Assembly: GCA_038087875.1 (NCBI GenBank)
Contig: JAXLNO010000235.1
Span: forward strand, 1-64,000
Source: Malacoraja senta
Lineage: Eukaryota
DNA: 64,000 bases
Reading direction: 5' to 3'
In this document: positions 25,586 to 38,070 of the stretch, one piece after another
How the letters are laid out: the number at the start of each line of letters is the position of its first letter
Position numbering within the stretch: position 1 is the first letter of the stretch
Notes under the pieces: model-generated
Databases searched by the model: none
What the model saw: only the letters and a program-made list of their open reading frames with translations
What the model was told of the DNA's origin: nothing
Program-made: the position numbers and the translations under genes

Positions 25586-25894
25586 GTAAGGACCTGCTCC
25601 ATTTCACATCTCACTTCATCGATCATTGATGTCTGCAAGACAATATGAAGAGAAAATCTTCACTGAGGGTTCGAGCTGTTGAGGCAAAGCATGAGGAGAA
25701 ACAGTCAAGTTGAGAGTAAAGGATTAAAGGTGGAGGGAGGGATTGGGGTGGGCCCTGGGCTGTATTTAACAGTCTGTTTGACAGAACAACACTGGTGAAT
25801 TTATAGAGTAAACTGAGTATCCCGAGCCCAAGGTTCTTATTGGAATTAGAGAGTGAGGTCCAAGCAGCTGAATTGAGGTTGTGTTATATTGTTC

Positions 25895-26512
25895 ATAAAT
25901 TATAGGAGCAGAATTAGGCCATTTGGCCCATCAAGCCTACTCTACTATTCAATCATGGCTGATCTATCTTTCCCTCTCAACCCCATTCTCCTGCCTGTTC
26001 CCCATAACCTCCGACACCCGTACTAATCAAGAATCTTATCAATCTGCACGTTAAAAATACCCATTGATTTGGCCTTCACAGCCATCTGTGGCAAAAATTT
26101 CCACAGATTCATCACTCCCTAACTAAAGAAATTCCACCCCGTCTCCTTTCTAAAGGTACGTGGTTTTGTTCTATGGCTATGGCCTCTGGTCCTAAATTCT
26201 CCCACTAGTGGAAACATCCTCTCCACATCCACTCTATCCAGGCCTTTCACTATTCGGCAAGTTTCAATGAAGTTCCTCCTCATCCTACAGCGAGTACAGG
26301 TCCAGTGAGTACAGGCCCAGTGTCTACAAATGCTCATCGCACGTCAACCCACTCATTCCTGGGATCATTCTCGTAAACCTCCTCTGGACCCTCTCTAATG
26401 CCAGCATTTCCTTCTTCAGATGTGGAGCCCAAAACCGCTCACAATACTCCAAATGTGGTCTGGCCAGTGCCTTATAAAGCCTCAGCGTTACATCCCTGTC
26501 TTTATATTCTAT
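25895..26512 (-). mobile_element. CR1 LINE 3' fragment
   Basis: LYKALARPHLEYCERFWAPHL...RRFTRMIPG. Confidence 0.8.
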
Positions 26513-26841
26513 TATCAGGGTGCTTGTATTTGATAAACTCGCTGTTCTAACGCGTGCAAAGGTGCTAATCTCCAGATTGTTCCCAGTAGCTGGTACAGTG
26601 AGTGTGGGTGTGGGTGATGAGTAGGGGTGTGATGATGCAGGCGGGAGGGCTGTATATTCCTCGGGCACTGGCACTGGTTCTGAGGGCAGGTGGCACCTCG
26701 AGGCTGGGACCAATCTCCTCGATGGGTTTGCTAACGCCGTTTGGATGGGTTGATATGGTTTGGATAAGTTGGAGGAAATGGGAGGAGTCAAAGGAAAAGT
26801 TATTGAGGGTAAGGACCAGCTCCGCTAGGACAGTAGGACGG

Positions 26842-28455
26842 AGGAACTTGGAGCAGTCAATGGAAGTGTCTTAAGAGCAGTCAGTGTTACCGTCAAGGAA
26901 GTATTGAAGGTACAGTCGAGTTTGAAGGTAGACAAATCTCCGGGACCTGATCAGATATATCCGAGGACATTGTGGGAAACTAGAGGGGAAATTTACGAGT
27001 CGTTCTTAAATACAAGAGAGGTGCTGCAAGACTGGAGGGTGGCAAATGTTGTGCCTCTTTTCAAGAAAGGCTGCAGGGAAAATGCTGGGAACTATAGGCC
27101 GGTCAGCTTAACATCTGCAGCTGGAAAGTTACTAGAGAGTATTCTGAGGGATAGGTTATACAGGCATTTGGATGGGCAAGGGCTGATTGGGGATAGTCAG
27201 CATGTATACGTGGGAGGTCGTGTCTCACAGATCTGATTGATTTTTTTTGAAGATGGACAAGAAAGGTCGATGAGGGCAGAGCTGTAGATGTTATGTACAT
27301 GGATTTCAGTACGACATTCTACAAGGTTCTGCATGGTAGGCTGCTCTGGATGGTTAGATCCCATGGGATCCAAGGAAAGATAGCTGAATGGATAGCAAAT
27401 TGGCTACATGGAAGGAAGCAGAGTGTGATGGTGGAAGGTTGCTTCTCGGACTGGAGGTCTGTGACTAGTGGTGTGACTCAGGGTTGGGTGCTGAGCCGTT
27501 AGTGTTTGTCATCTACATCAATGATTTGGATCAGAACATACAGGGCAAGATTAGCAAGTTTGCTGATGATACAAAAGTGAGTGGTTTTGCAGATAGTGAA
27601 GATGGTTGTGAAAGATTGCAGCAAGATCTGGATCGATTGGCCAGGTAGGCTGAGGAATGATTGATGGAATTTAATGCAGAGATGTGTGAGATGTTGCAAG
27701 GGCAGGACCTACACAGTAAATGGTAGGCCTCTGGGTAGTGTTGTAGAGCAGAGGGATCTAAGAGTGCAGGTGCATGGTTCCTTGAAGGTCGAGTTGCAGG
27801 TAGATAAGGTGGTCAAAAAGGATTTGGCACATTGGCCTTCATCAGTCAGAGTTTTGATTGTGGAAACTGGGAGGTCATGTTGCAATTGTATAAGATGTTG
27901 GTGAGCGCATTTAGAATATTGTGTTCAGTTCGGGGCACCATGTTATAGGAAAAATATTGTCAAGCTTGAAAGGATTCAGAGAAGATTTACGAGGATGTTG
28001 CCAGGACTAGAGGGTGTGAGCTATGGGGAGAGGTTGAGTAGGCTGGGTCTCTATTCCATGGGGCTCAGCAGGATGACGGGAGATCTTATAGAGGTATACA
28101 AAATCATGAGAGGAATAGATCGGATAGATGCACAGTTTCTTGCCCAGAGTAGGGGAATCGAGGACCAGAGGACATATGTTCAAGGTGAAGGGGAAAAGAT
28201 TTAATAAGAATCCGAAGGGTAACGTTTTCACACCAAAGGTGGTGGGTGTATGGAACAAGTTGCCAGAGGAGGTAGCTGAGGCTGAGACTATCCAATCGTT
28301 TTAAAAAATAGTTAGCTAGGTACATGGATAGGACAGGTTTGGAGGAATATGGACTAAGCGCAGGCAAGTGGGACTAGTGTAGCTGAGACATTGTTGGTCG
28401 GTGTGGGCAAGTTGGGCCGAAGGGCCTGTTTCCAAACTGTGTCACTTTATGACTC
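26842..28455 (+). mobile_element. CR1 RT fragment (duplicate of 23347-24975)
   Basis: Near-identical to the upstream copy, including shared stops. Confidence 0.85.
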
Positions 28456-28869
28456 TAGTCTGTAGGGTAGTGTTAGTGGGCGGGAATCGTTGGGCGGTAC
28501 GGACTCGGTGGGCCGAAGGGCCTGTTTCTGTGCTGTGTCTTTAAACTAAACTTTAAAATGAGAACCCATTTATTGTGCCCCAGATAAACCCACCACAGGC
28601 CAACCCACTTGTACTACCCCAGATAAACCCACTGGAAAAACATAGAAAAATAGGTGCAGAAGTAGGCCATTCGGCCCTTCGAGCCACGGACTACAAGATA
28701 GCCTGCCCACACTCTACCCCAGATACATCCATAGAACAGCCCTGTGATACTGCACCCTAGGTTGACTAATCTTTGCACCAGTGTCACCGTGGCTCTGAGC
28801 TTTGGGTGTGTGGACTGACGGTCTGTCAGCAGCGTGGGTCCATGGCGTCTCTGGAGAGAAGATGGACTG

Positions 28870-29693
28870 GAGGGAGGGCTGGTCCCCCAACGCAATATTC
28901 CACCTCTCCAACAATTCCAATATTGGTGGCCGGTGGGGGGGGGGCTTTCTGGGTGTTGTGGGCTGAAGTGACTGGTTTCCAGAGGGCTAGTAGGGACATT
29001 GTGGGCCGAATGGATTATTGGGCTGGCAGCTCAGTCACACAAGCCTGGTGTGCTGGCAGCTCACTCACTCACGGCTGGTGGACTGGCAGTTGACTCGAGG
29101 CTATTCCTTTAAATTCCATTTCCAGCAGAGTGCAGGCCACCAAATTCAAATGAAGTTTCCTACCATTTGAAGCAGAGAGCAAGGCCACCAAATTCAAATG
29201 CAGTATCATACCATTTCAAGCAGGGTGCAAGGCCACCAAATTCAAAAGCAGTTTCATACCATTTCAAGCAGGGTGCAAGGCCACCAAATTGAAAAGCAGT
29301 TCCTAGGGCCGAGATGGCCTGTTTCCGTGCTGTTATGGTTATATGGTTACCATTTCAAGCAGGGTGCAAGGCCACCAAGGTGACCTCTCCCTCCCCCATC
29401 TTGCAGACCCTGAGCCACTCCCACAGTTCCGAGTTTTATAGTCCCTCCCCCTCCCACCAGAAGGGGCGTGGCGTTCATGGAAGTGATTGACAGGAGAGAG
29501 AATCTCAACATTTTTTAAACACAAATAACTCTTTTATTTTTCATCGATGGGAAAAATCCTCTTGCCCTGTGCAGCAGGGGGGGACTCTGAGTAAGAAGAC
29601 TAAAAATCACAACCGTAAGTGGTAGCGTTTCTTCTAAAATCAATATGCAGAGCAAACAGGAAGTGCTCAAGATGAGACTTTTAATTATATAGA
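28870..29693 (-). mobile_element. Related non-autonomous Helitron, 3'-truncated, with internal ~46-bp tandem repeats
   Basis: 5' end TCTATATAATTAAAAGTCTCATCTTGAGCACTTCC resembles the 1799 element; shares its subterminal GCGTTGGGGGACCAGCCCTCCC; hairpin/CTAG missing. Confidence 0.65.
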
Positions 29694-30017
29694 TATCTAG
29701 TAATGAAATTGGGGCATGTCTTGCTCTACGTTCCATCAATTCAGTACTTTCACTTGCAATGTGTCAATAAACACCACATCCTTAAACAGTGCTCCTATGA
29801 AGTGTCTGAGAGTCCCTCAGTGTCTAGTGGTGGCCGGACCTTAGACCAAGGCCACTCCCCCACAGCCTCTGCGGTCACTGCACTGAGCTTCAGTGTGTCC
29901 CTCACACCACATTCTCTCACACCCTGGAATGTGCCAGTCGGCAGCAATTCATTTACCCACATCTTATGCAGGAAGATCAATTTTTGGGCAGACCAAAGTG
30001 AGTCTTCCGCTGAGATA

Positions 30018-30532
30018 ATAGATACATAGAAAATAGGTGCAGGAGTAGGCCATTCGACCCTTCTAGCCTGCACCGCCATTCAATATGATCATGGCTGATC
30101 ATCCAACTCAGTATCCCGTACCTGCCTTCTCTCCATACCCCCTGATCCCTTTAGCCACATGGGCCACATCTAACTCCCTCTTAAATATAGCCAATGAACT
30201 GGCCTCAACTACCCTCTGTGGCAGAGAGTTCCAGAGATTCACCACCCTCTGTGTGAAAACGTTTTTCCTCATCTCGGTCTTAAAGGATTTCCCCCTTATC
30301 CTTAAGCTGTGACCCCTTGTCCTGGACTTCCCCAACATCGGGAACAATCTTCCTGCATCTAGCCTGTCCAACCCCATAAGAATTGTGTACGTTTCTATAA
30401 GGTCCCCTCTCAATCTCCTAAATTCTAGCGAGTATAAGCCAAGTCTATCCAGTCTTTCTTCATATGAAAGTCCTGACATCCCAGGAATCAGTCTGGTGAA
30501 CCTTCTCTGCACTCCCTCTATGGCTATAATGA
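30018..30532 (-). mobile_element. CR1 LINE 3' fragment
   Basis: IEGVQRRFTRLIPG...RGDLIETY; same family as 38785-42885. Confidence 0.85.
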
Positions 30533-31299
30533 TCTTCCAGCAGCAGTTGACATTTATCTTGTGCGTCCCTGTGAACAGCTCATAGATCACTGATGCACAA
30601 CTGCACAGGATGAACCATGACAAGAGCCCTTGCATTCTTCTTCTGACCTTCCTGTCAAAAACCCAGTGCAAAAGCAGGTGAATGTTGTCCACACCACAAC
30701 CATCTCAATGGCAGCGTGCAGTGGGGTGCTTTTCTGACAGAGCAGGCAGGGTCTGACTGGGAGGGCTCCTCACACTACTGTTGGCGAGTTCCTCTGTGGG
30801 CTTGGGGAGCCATCTGATGGGATCCATCGAGTCCTTCTCCCACAGTGCCTGTAGCTCGTTCTACCTTGATCACGTGGTCATGGGTAGTTTTCTTCAGGAA
30901 TCTTTCTGTGAAGGACAGGTAGTAAGGCAATGTCAAACTGAATGGAACATTGCATACGTCTACACCGGCCAACATGTCCCAGCTACACTAGTCCCACCTG
31001 CCTGCGTTTGCCCCAGATCCCTCCAAACCTGTCCTATCCATGACAATGTACTGTAATAATTATTGACCTGATCACATAATCCTGCTGCCTTCTATGCAGT
31101 ATACTTGGGCTCTCCATCGCTCACGTTTATTACACCTTGCTAATTCCAGATTATGGGAATGGATAAGAGGGATCATTTTGTGGGAACTGTTGAAGGGAGC
31201 ATTGCCCATCTGGTTTCTGTATGTGTGTGGGCTTTGCACTCTATTGCCCTCTACTGCCCCCTTCTTATCCCAGATTATTGTTGTTTTTTCCTTTGGTAG

Positions 31300-31381
31300 G
31301 ATGTGAAAAGCATTGTGGAGCAAGCACTAAAATACAGCGCTGACAGGGTTGCATTGGTGGATTATGTACTGGAATCTGCTG
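31300..31381 (+). CDS. SUN2: SUN2-like exon preceding SUN domain
   Basis: ctttggtag|GAT...GCT G|gtaagt; DVKSIVEQALKYSADRVALVDYVLESA. Confidence 0.85.
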
Positions 31382-31977
31382 GTAAGTATCAGACAAAAGC
31401 CCGGACCAAGTAAAACCCTGAATGTAACAGACTGAAAGGGTGTTGTGTGGGCAGGCACTTTAGTCATGTTTGACTTGCTCCTGTGTAATGGGGTCTCTTT
31501 CACACTGGGCAATATGTCCTGAATAGGCAAGTACAAATCTATGTTGACAGTACAGGTTTCCCCAGAGCTGCTGAGGTTCACACTGCTGAATGTTAATTTA
31601 ACATGTAACTGCTTGATGTTGCGCCAATCCACAACTCATTTAAAGGCCGAGGCATCGGTGGGATGGCCTTGCCCTGTGGGGCACTATCGGCCATCTTCAT
31701 TTTGTCCACTGCTCCATCATCCCTGCAAACACATTGGTTACTCTCTTGTGCACTCTCTCCGAAGCTTCATGCCTTTCTGAGGGCAAGGCAGCCAGGACTG
31801 GATGCACTACTCCAGCTGTGGCCAAGCCTGTGTTTTACAAAGTTCCCCATCACTTCTTTGTTCTTGTACCCTGGGCCGTTATTTATAAAGTACAGGCGTT
31901 TTTAAACAACATCCTAAACTTCCTTCTTTCAGTAAACTAGGGACATATATCACCCACGTGTGTCAGAAGGATGAGAA

Positions 31978-32011
31978 GGTCTGATGAAGGGTCTCGACCC
32001 GAAACGTCACC
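31978..32011 (+). ncRNA. Minimal hammerhead ribozyme motif (Penelope-associated type)
   Basis: GGT-CTGATGA-A-GGGTC-TC-GACCC-GAAA-CGTC-ACC: intact CUGANGA/GAAA/UH core, stem II, GGT/ACC stem I. Confidence 0.65.
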
Positions 32012-32254
32012 CATTCCAGAGACACTGTTGTTTCTTCACTCCTTTTAGAATTGTGCCCTCTATTGCCTTATTCCTCCCCCCAAAATGAAATATTTCACAT
32101 TTGAAATACAGCTGTTCAAACCATATTCTGTATTTGCCTCCAATTCCGTGAATATCCCCAGTTCACAGTATCATCTACAAATCTGGAACTCCAAGTCATT
32201 TAATGCGTATGAAGAAAAGATGGGTCTTATTCTGCTCTCTGGCCAATTTTACAA

Positions 32255-32420
32255 CTTACATTTAACCTACAAACCTGTACATCTTTGAAGTGTGGGAGGA
32301 TACCAGAGCACCCGGAGAAAACCCATGCAGTCACAGGGAGAATGTGCAAACTCCGTACAGACAGCACCCGTAGTCAGGATCAAACCCAAGTCTCTGGTGC
32401 TGTCAGGCAGGAGGTCTACC
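32255..32420 (-). mobile_element. HE1/V-SINE-like SINE (partial)
   Basis: Core TTCTCCGGGTGCTCTGG..TCCTCCCACAC on minus strand. Confidence 0.65.
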
Positions 32421-33897
32421 GATCCGTCACTATGCTGCCCTGATTTAATTGCTCCCCTCTTCTGTTGGTTAGCCAGTTTTATTCCTTGAAGCAAAGTTTA
32501 CGTTGCAGAGAAAATGAGAACAAAATAGATAGACTGGAGACCAGGAGATATTTGAGATGAATGTCGATACGAGCTGGATCGGTGGAGATGCAACTAGTGG
32601 CAGACGAATGAAATCTTAAACACCTGTAGAAGTGCAAGAAAAGAAGACAAGCTCATAGTTTGAAATGTGGATAGAAGCTTGGTTCTTCTCAAGCTAACAT
32701 TGGACAATTGGAATTGTGTAGAAAGCTGAAGATCTACTTTAGGTTTCAGCCATCTGCAGAATGACCAGGATGCTGCCTGGATTAGACAGAATGTTAGAAT
32801 AGAATATTAGCTATAAGGGGAGGTTGGACAAACGGAATGTTTTTGCTGGAGCGTCAGAGGCGGAGACGAGACCTGATAGAAGTATATAAAATTATGAGAG
32901 ATATATAGATAAAGTAGGCAGTCTTTCCCCAGGGTGAAAATGTCAAATACGCGAGGGCATAGAGTTAAGGTGAGAGGGGGGATGTTTAAAGGAGATGTGT
33001 GAGGCAAGTTTTTCTTGCACAGCTGTAGGTGTGTTGTCAGGGGAGGTGGTGGAAGCAGATATAATAGTAATCTTTAAAAGGCATTTGGACAGATACATGT
33101 ACAGACAGGGAGTAGAGGGATGTAGACCATGTCCAGTCAGATGGGATGAGTTAGGCTGACATCATGGTTGGTGCAGACACAGTGGGACAAAAGGGCCTGT
33201 TCCTGCGATGTAAATATATGTTCTACAATATATGAGAAATATATGTTCTACAATATAAATTGTCCTTTCTGGTTAGTCTCTAAACTAGGTCAGATGTAAT
33301 GCTAAATGGCTTTATATAATTGAGAAAAAAGAACCTATGCAGACAGCAGTCATTGGTTGCACATGTTCCCAGCTAACTGCCCACAAATAACAATATTTTT
33401 ATATCTTGGTCAGCGGGTAGAAGTTTTGCTTCCATTTTATGTTACAGAAATCTTTCTCATTGTACTTAATTTTTTGCAAAAATAGCTCCTTGTTTATTAT
33501 AGTTGTATTGAATGGAAAAATGATGAGAGCAAGTAAATGGTTGAGATTTGGGAGGGTACTCATCCAACCACTGCCACCCGGTGGCCATTCAGCTGTGTAT
33601 TTAAAGTTTCAGCTGGATTCTGTGCTCCAACCTGTTGGACATTGTATGAAAATTCGCTTTCAAGTTTACTTAAACAATTGTGATTGTAACATTAAATTAT
33701 TTCTGCAGTTGTGCTGGATGTGTTGAGTTCTTGGACAAAGTGGAAAGTTCTTCTTAGTGGTCAGCACTCAAGCAAAAACTTTCCAATCCCTCTGCCAGAG
33801 TTTTGCAGTTCTCTGCAAACCTGCATATTTCTTGAAGGATTCATGATTAACTTTGTCCATTCAGTGATATGATAATGATTCTGTTTTCTCTTGTTAG

Positions 33898-34013
33898 GTG
33901 GCAGTGTGATCCACACGCGCTGCACAGAGACGTTAGAGACCAAGACTGCTCTTCTTATTCTGTTTGGCATTCCACTGTGGTACCAATCTCACTCACCCAC
34001 AGCTGTCATTCAG
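33898..34013 (+). CDS. SUN2: SUN domain exon (KASH-lid region)
   Basis: cttgttag|GT...CAG|gtactc; GSVIHTRCTETLETKTALLILFGIPLWYQSHSPTAVIQ. Confidence 0.92.
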
Positions 34014-35759
34014 GTACTCCTTGTACTGCTGCTCCCTTCTATCTTGAAAGCAGTGACCTTCGAATACTCTCCTAGAGGCAGCAAGGTACAGGGACGCTAT
34101 AGGTCCACAACTTCAAGATTTACTGTTGGGGGCACCACAACTAGTGTGTGTCTTCTGCTTTCCCCAGGTTTATGTGAAACATACTCTGTCTGCATAACAG
34201 TTCTTCCCAGTCAGAAGAATGCAAGGTTTTGATATATGCCGAAAATATCATGCATTGGCCCATCATGCGTGCTTGTTCAGTACCACAGTTGTGGGACATG
34301 GAATAGAAACATGGAAATTATGAACAGGAGTAAGCAATGTGGCCCTTCAGGCCCACTCAACCGCTCAGTGTGATCATGGCTGATCATCCAAATTGTGTCC
34401 CCAGTTGGGAGACTCCCCATACCTTTCTCCACTTACCTCTTGGTCCCTCTAGCTACAAGAACAATATTTAACTCATGAGTATATTCAACGATCTGATTTC
34501 AATTGCATTCCATGATAGAGAATTCCTCTGGTTCACCACTCTGGATGAAGATATTTCTCCCCCTCTGAGTTCTACATGACCTCGCCTTATCCTCGCACTG
34601 TGATCCTGGTCCTGAAACTACCAGCATCAGGAACATCTTACCTCGAATCTTTCCAGTCCTGTTACAATTTCTACATTTTGTAGGTTTCTATAAAATGATA
34701 ATTCCTTCCAAACTCCAGTGAATATTGACCAGATTGTTCTTCATACGTCGGCCCTGCCATCCCTACAGTTAATCTGCTGCACTTCTGATGTGTTCCTTCC
34801 ATAGCAAAAATATCCTTCCTTAAGGAAAAGTGGCTACTTCCATCTGCTTTAACCAAACTACGACGCTTTCTGCTCCCCATTCCTCTCACCTGGATGTAAA
34901 TTGCCAGTGTGTTTGTCAAATCTTCAATTGAGTTCTGATTTTTAAATCCACTTGTGCTGTCATATAGCACAGAAACAGGCCCTTTGTGCCCAACACGTCC
35001 ACTTCAACCATCAGGTACCCGTACCACTAATCCCATTTGCCAGCATTTGCCTGTAGCTTACAGAGGTGCCTAGGTCCAGAGGGTTGAGGTTTTAAAACAA
35101 AGAAAGATTTAGAGGAAATCAGAGAAAACATATTTGGGGTTGCATTTGATCACACTACCCGAGACAGAAGTCCTGCTGGTTCAGGTACTTGTCCTGATAC
35201 TTTGTAAATGGCGTGAGAGTGGGGACAGTGTGTTAAAAATGTCTCAGTAACTCCTGTTCTCTGCATTAACTTAATAATTGTCAAACCATGAACCAAAAGC
35301 AGCAAATGGGCTCTGCTGGAAAATTGTAGCGCGTTATCTCATTCTGCAGGGTTGACGTAAATTGGCAGAAAACATTGAGGGGTCGAGACTGCAGATGCCT
35401 GCCATAGCAACCCCCACCCCAACAACCCGTCCCTGTTCCCAAAATACCATTGACACCCGTTCTATCTCTGCCTTAAAAATATCCACTGATTTGGCCTCCA
35501 CAGCCCTCTGTGGTAATGAAGTTCCTCCTCACCTCATTTCTAAAGGCGCACCCTTTAATTCTGAGCCTATGGCCTCTGGTCCTAGACTCTCCCACAAGTG
35601 GAAACATCTTTTCCACATCCACTCTATGCCTTTCATTATTCTGTAAGTATCCACATATCCTCACGTGGATCGTGTCCAAAAATCCAAATCTTTGCTGTCC
35701 CTTTAGGAAGAATCAGTGTTCTGTTGAAAGGAAGAGGGATAATTGTGGGTAGAGAATTG

Positions 35760-36033
35760 TGGGCAGCACAGTGGTAGAGTTGATGCCTTACAGCGCTTGT
35801 AGCGCCAGAGACCCCGGTTCGATCCCAACTATGGGTGCTGCCTGTACGGAGTTTGTACGTTCTCCCCGTGACCTGCGTGGGTTTTCTCCTAGATCTTCGG
35901 TTTCCTCCCACTCTCCAAAGACGTACAGGTTTGTAGGTTAATTGGCTTGGTAAATGTAAAACAAAATTGTCCCGAGTGTGGGTAGGATAGTGTTAATATT
36001 TCCTGTTTCCGCGCTGTATCTCTAAACTAAACT
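35760..36033 (+). mobile_element. HE1/V-SINE-like SINE
   Basis: B box GGTTCGATCCC, core, CTAAACTAAA tail. Confidence 0.8.
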
Positions 36034-36073
36034 GAGAATTTTTCCTAATTTTTTTTCTTGTTCTCTCTTGCAG

Positions 36074-36243
36074 CCGGAGGTTCATCCTGGGAACTGTTGG
36101 CCATTTAAAGGCTCCCAAGGCTTTGTTGTCATCGAGCTTGCTGTCCGGATCAGGCCTACAGCCTTTACCCTAGAGTACATTCCAAGATCCATTGATCTCC
36201 GCGTGGATCAATTATAAGTGCCCCTCAAGACGTCTCTGTTTAT
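36074..36243 (+). CDS. SUN2: SUN domain exon (frameshifted)
   Basis: cttgcag|CCG...TAT|gtgagt; 170 nt; PEVHPGNCWPFKGSQGFVVIELAVRIRPTAFTLEYIPRSI/SPRGSIISAPQDVSVY. Confidence 0.9.
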
Positions 36244-37081
36244 GTGAGTGAAACGTATAGAATATGAGTAAATGTTTGGGAACCATTGTGTTTGTGTGGA
36301 GCATACTGCTGAACATAGCATGGCTTTCTTGGACATTGGATTCCATGTTCAGGGTCCCGAGTGGTCTCACAATCCACGTCAATCACATTAACAAGTTCTG
36401 TTAAAAATGAGCAAATTCCATTTCACAGTCCAGAACAATAATCCCTCAAATAGAAGGCCCACTAATATAATCTTCAATCTTCCATGCTACACAAGTTGCT
36501 CATACTGGTGTTTGAACTGTGATTCTGGGTTTTCACTGTCTTCACTGAGTTTTGTCACTTTATTGCACAATCCTCAACACTGCTAACCACAAAAGCTTCA
36601 TACAGTGAAGAAGCAACCTTACAACCAATAGATGGGATTAAAGTTAACACTACCCTACACATACTAGAGACAATTGTTATACCAAGTGCTTTCCTGAGTG
36701 GGGGTGAACAATTCGTCAGTGGTATTCTCTCAGGATTGAGGATGACTTGCTTCCACTCTAGTTCTGTAGGTATAGAGGTGCCTGATGAGGCCCCTGTGGG
36801 CAATCACTCTCATCTTCTCCCACAGATGAGAGTTGATGCTACACATGCAGGACATCGTTTCATTCTGTTTGATTATGTACAGATTCACTTCATGTGCTAA
36901 ATGAGGTGATGACATTTTCCCAATTTACTTTTAGGCAACTACTTTATGACTTTATATATTCAACCAAGCTTTCTTCCAGGCAAGGGTGAAAGTCCTGCTT
37001 CCACCAGGCTTGTATAATTGTTGGGGTGACTGGAGAGTAATTTTCTGTGTGCAAAGCTTGCTAATTTCTACTTGTTGACAG

Positions 37082-37174
37082 GGCTTGGATGATGAAAATC
37101 AAGCCGAAGGGATCCTATTGGGACAATACACGTATAACGAGGAAGGGGATTCAATCCAGACGTTTGAGGTGCAG
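37082..37174 (+). CDS. SUN2: SUN domain exon
   Basis: ttgacag|GGC...CAG|gttatg; GLDDENQAEGILLGQYTYNEEGDSIQTFEVQ. Confidence 0.9.
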
Positions 37175-37394
37175 GTTATGGAAGTGAATAAAGGATCATT
37201 GATTCTTTGCTGGAACAATCCTATAACCTTGGCCTTTTCCTGCAATCTTTAATTTTCCTTTGCCTCAAATATTTATCTAGCTTTTACAAACATATACTTT
37301 GCGATATAGTAACTGTTAATGTGCCAATATTTGACAGCTAGCTCACTGGTGTTTGAACTGTGATTCTGAGTTTTGGTGCTGACTTCACCTATGT

Positions 37395-38070
37395 TTTAGT
37401 TTAGCTTAGAGATACAGTTCTGAAACAGGCCCTTAGTCCGCACCGACCAGCGATCCCGCACACTAACACTATCAATCGATAATAGGTGCAGGAGTAGGCC
37501 ATTCGGCCCTTCAAGCCAGCACCGCCATTCAATGTGATCATGGCTGATCATCCCCAATCAGTACACCGTTCGTGCCTTCTCCCCATATCCCCTGACTCTG
37601 CTATTTTTAAGAGCCCTAGCTGGCTCTCTCTTGAAAGCATCCAGAGAACCTACCTCCACCGCTCTCTGAGGCAGAGAATTCCACACTCACCACTCTCTGT
37701 GAGAAAAAGTGTTTCCTCATCTCCGTTCAAAATGGCCTACTCCTTATTCTTAAACTGTGGCCCCTGGTTCTGGACTCCCCCAACATCGGGAACATGTTTC
37801 CTGCCTCTAGCGTGTCCAAGCCCTTAACTATCTTAAAGAGCCCTATCTAGCTCTTTCTTGAAAATTTCCAGAGAACCGCCCTCTGAGGCAGAGAATTCCA
37901 CAGACTCACAAGACACACACAAGGGACAATTTACATGTATATCAAGCCAATTAACCTACAAACCTGTATTTGGTGTGGAAGGAAACCGATGATCTCCCAC
38001 GGGGAGAATGTACAAACTCTGGAACCCGGAGTTGTAAGGCAGCAACTCTACCGCTGCGCCTCCGTGCCAC
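37395..38070 (-). mobile_element. SINE split by a CR1 3' fragment (~37475-37910)
   Basis: SINE tail and body flank CR1 sequence. Confidence 0.65.

Larger units (their letters stand above)
23281..28862 (+). repeat. Local direct duplication: 23281-25393 repeated at 26775-28862
   Basis: Both copies share the Penelope/CR1 junction, CR1 stops, SINE tail and flanking sequence. Confidence 0.9.
18780..37174 (+). pseudogene. SUN2: SUN2-like (Sad1/UNC-84 domain) gene, frameshifted and apparently incomplete
   Basis: Seven GT-AG exons. They encode YWWLGTAWYQLTTAISLIDVLTLSR (SUN2-type hydrophobic region), ALKYSADRVALVDYVLESAG, GSVIHTRCTETLETKTALLILFGIPLWYQSHSPTAVIQ, PEVHPGNCWPFKGSQG and GLDDENQAEGILLGQYTY. 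2-nt frameshift at ~36194. Coiled-coil exons and the last (SNWGH) exon were not found. Confidence 0.82.

Noticed and set aside
29971..30921. Short AG...GT segments (~29971 and ~30898) as SUN micro-exons
   Set aside because: No homology, and no consistent reading frame could be established.
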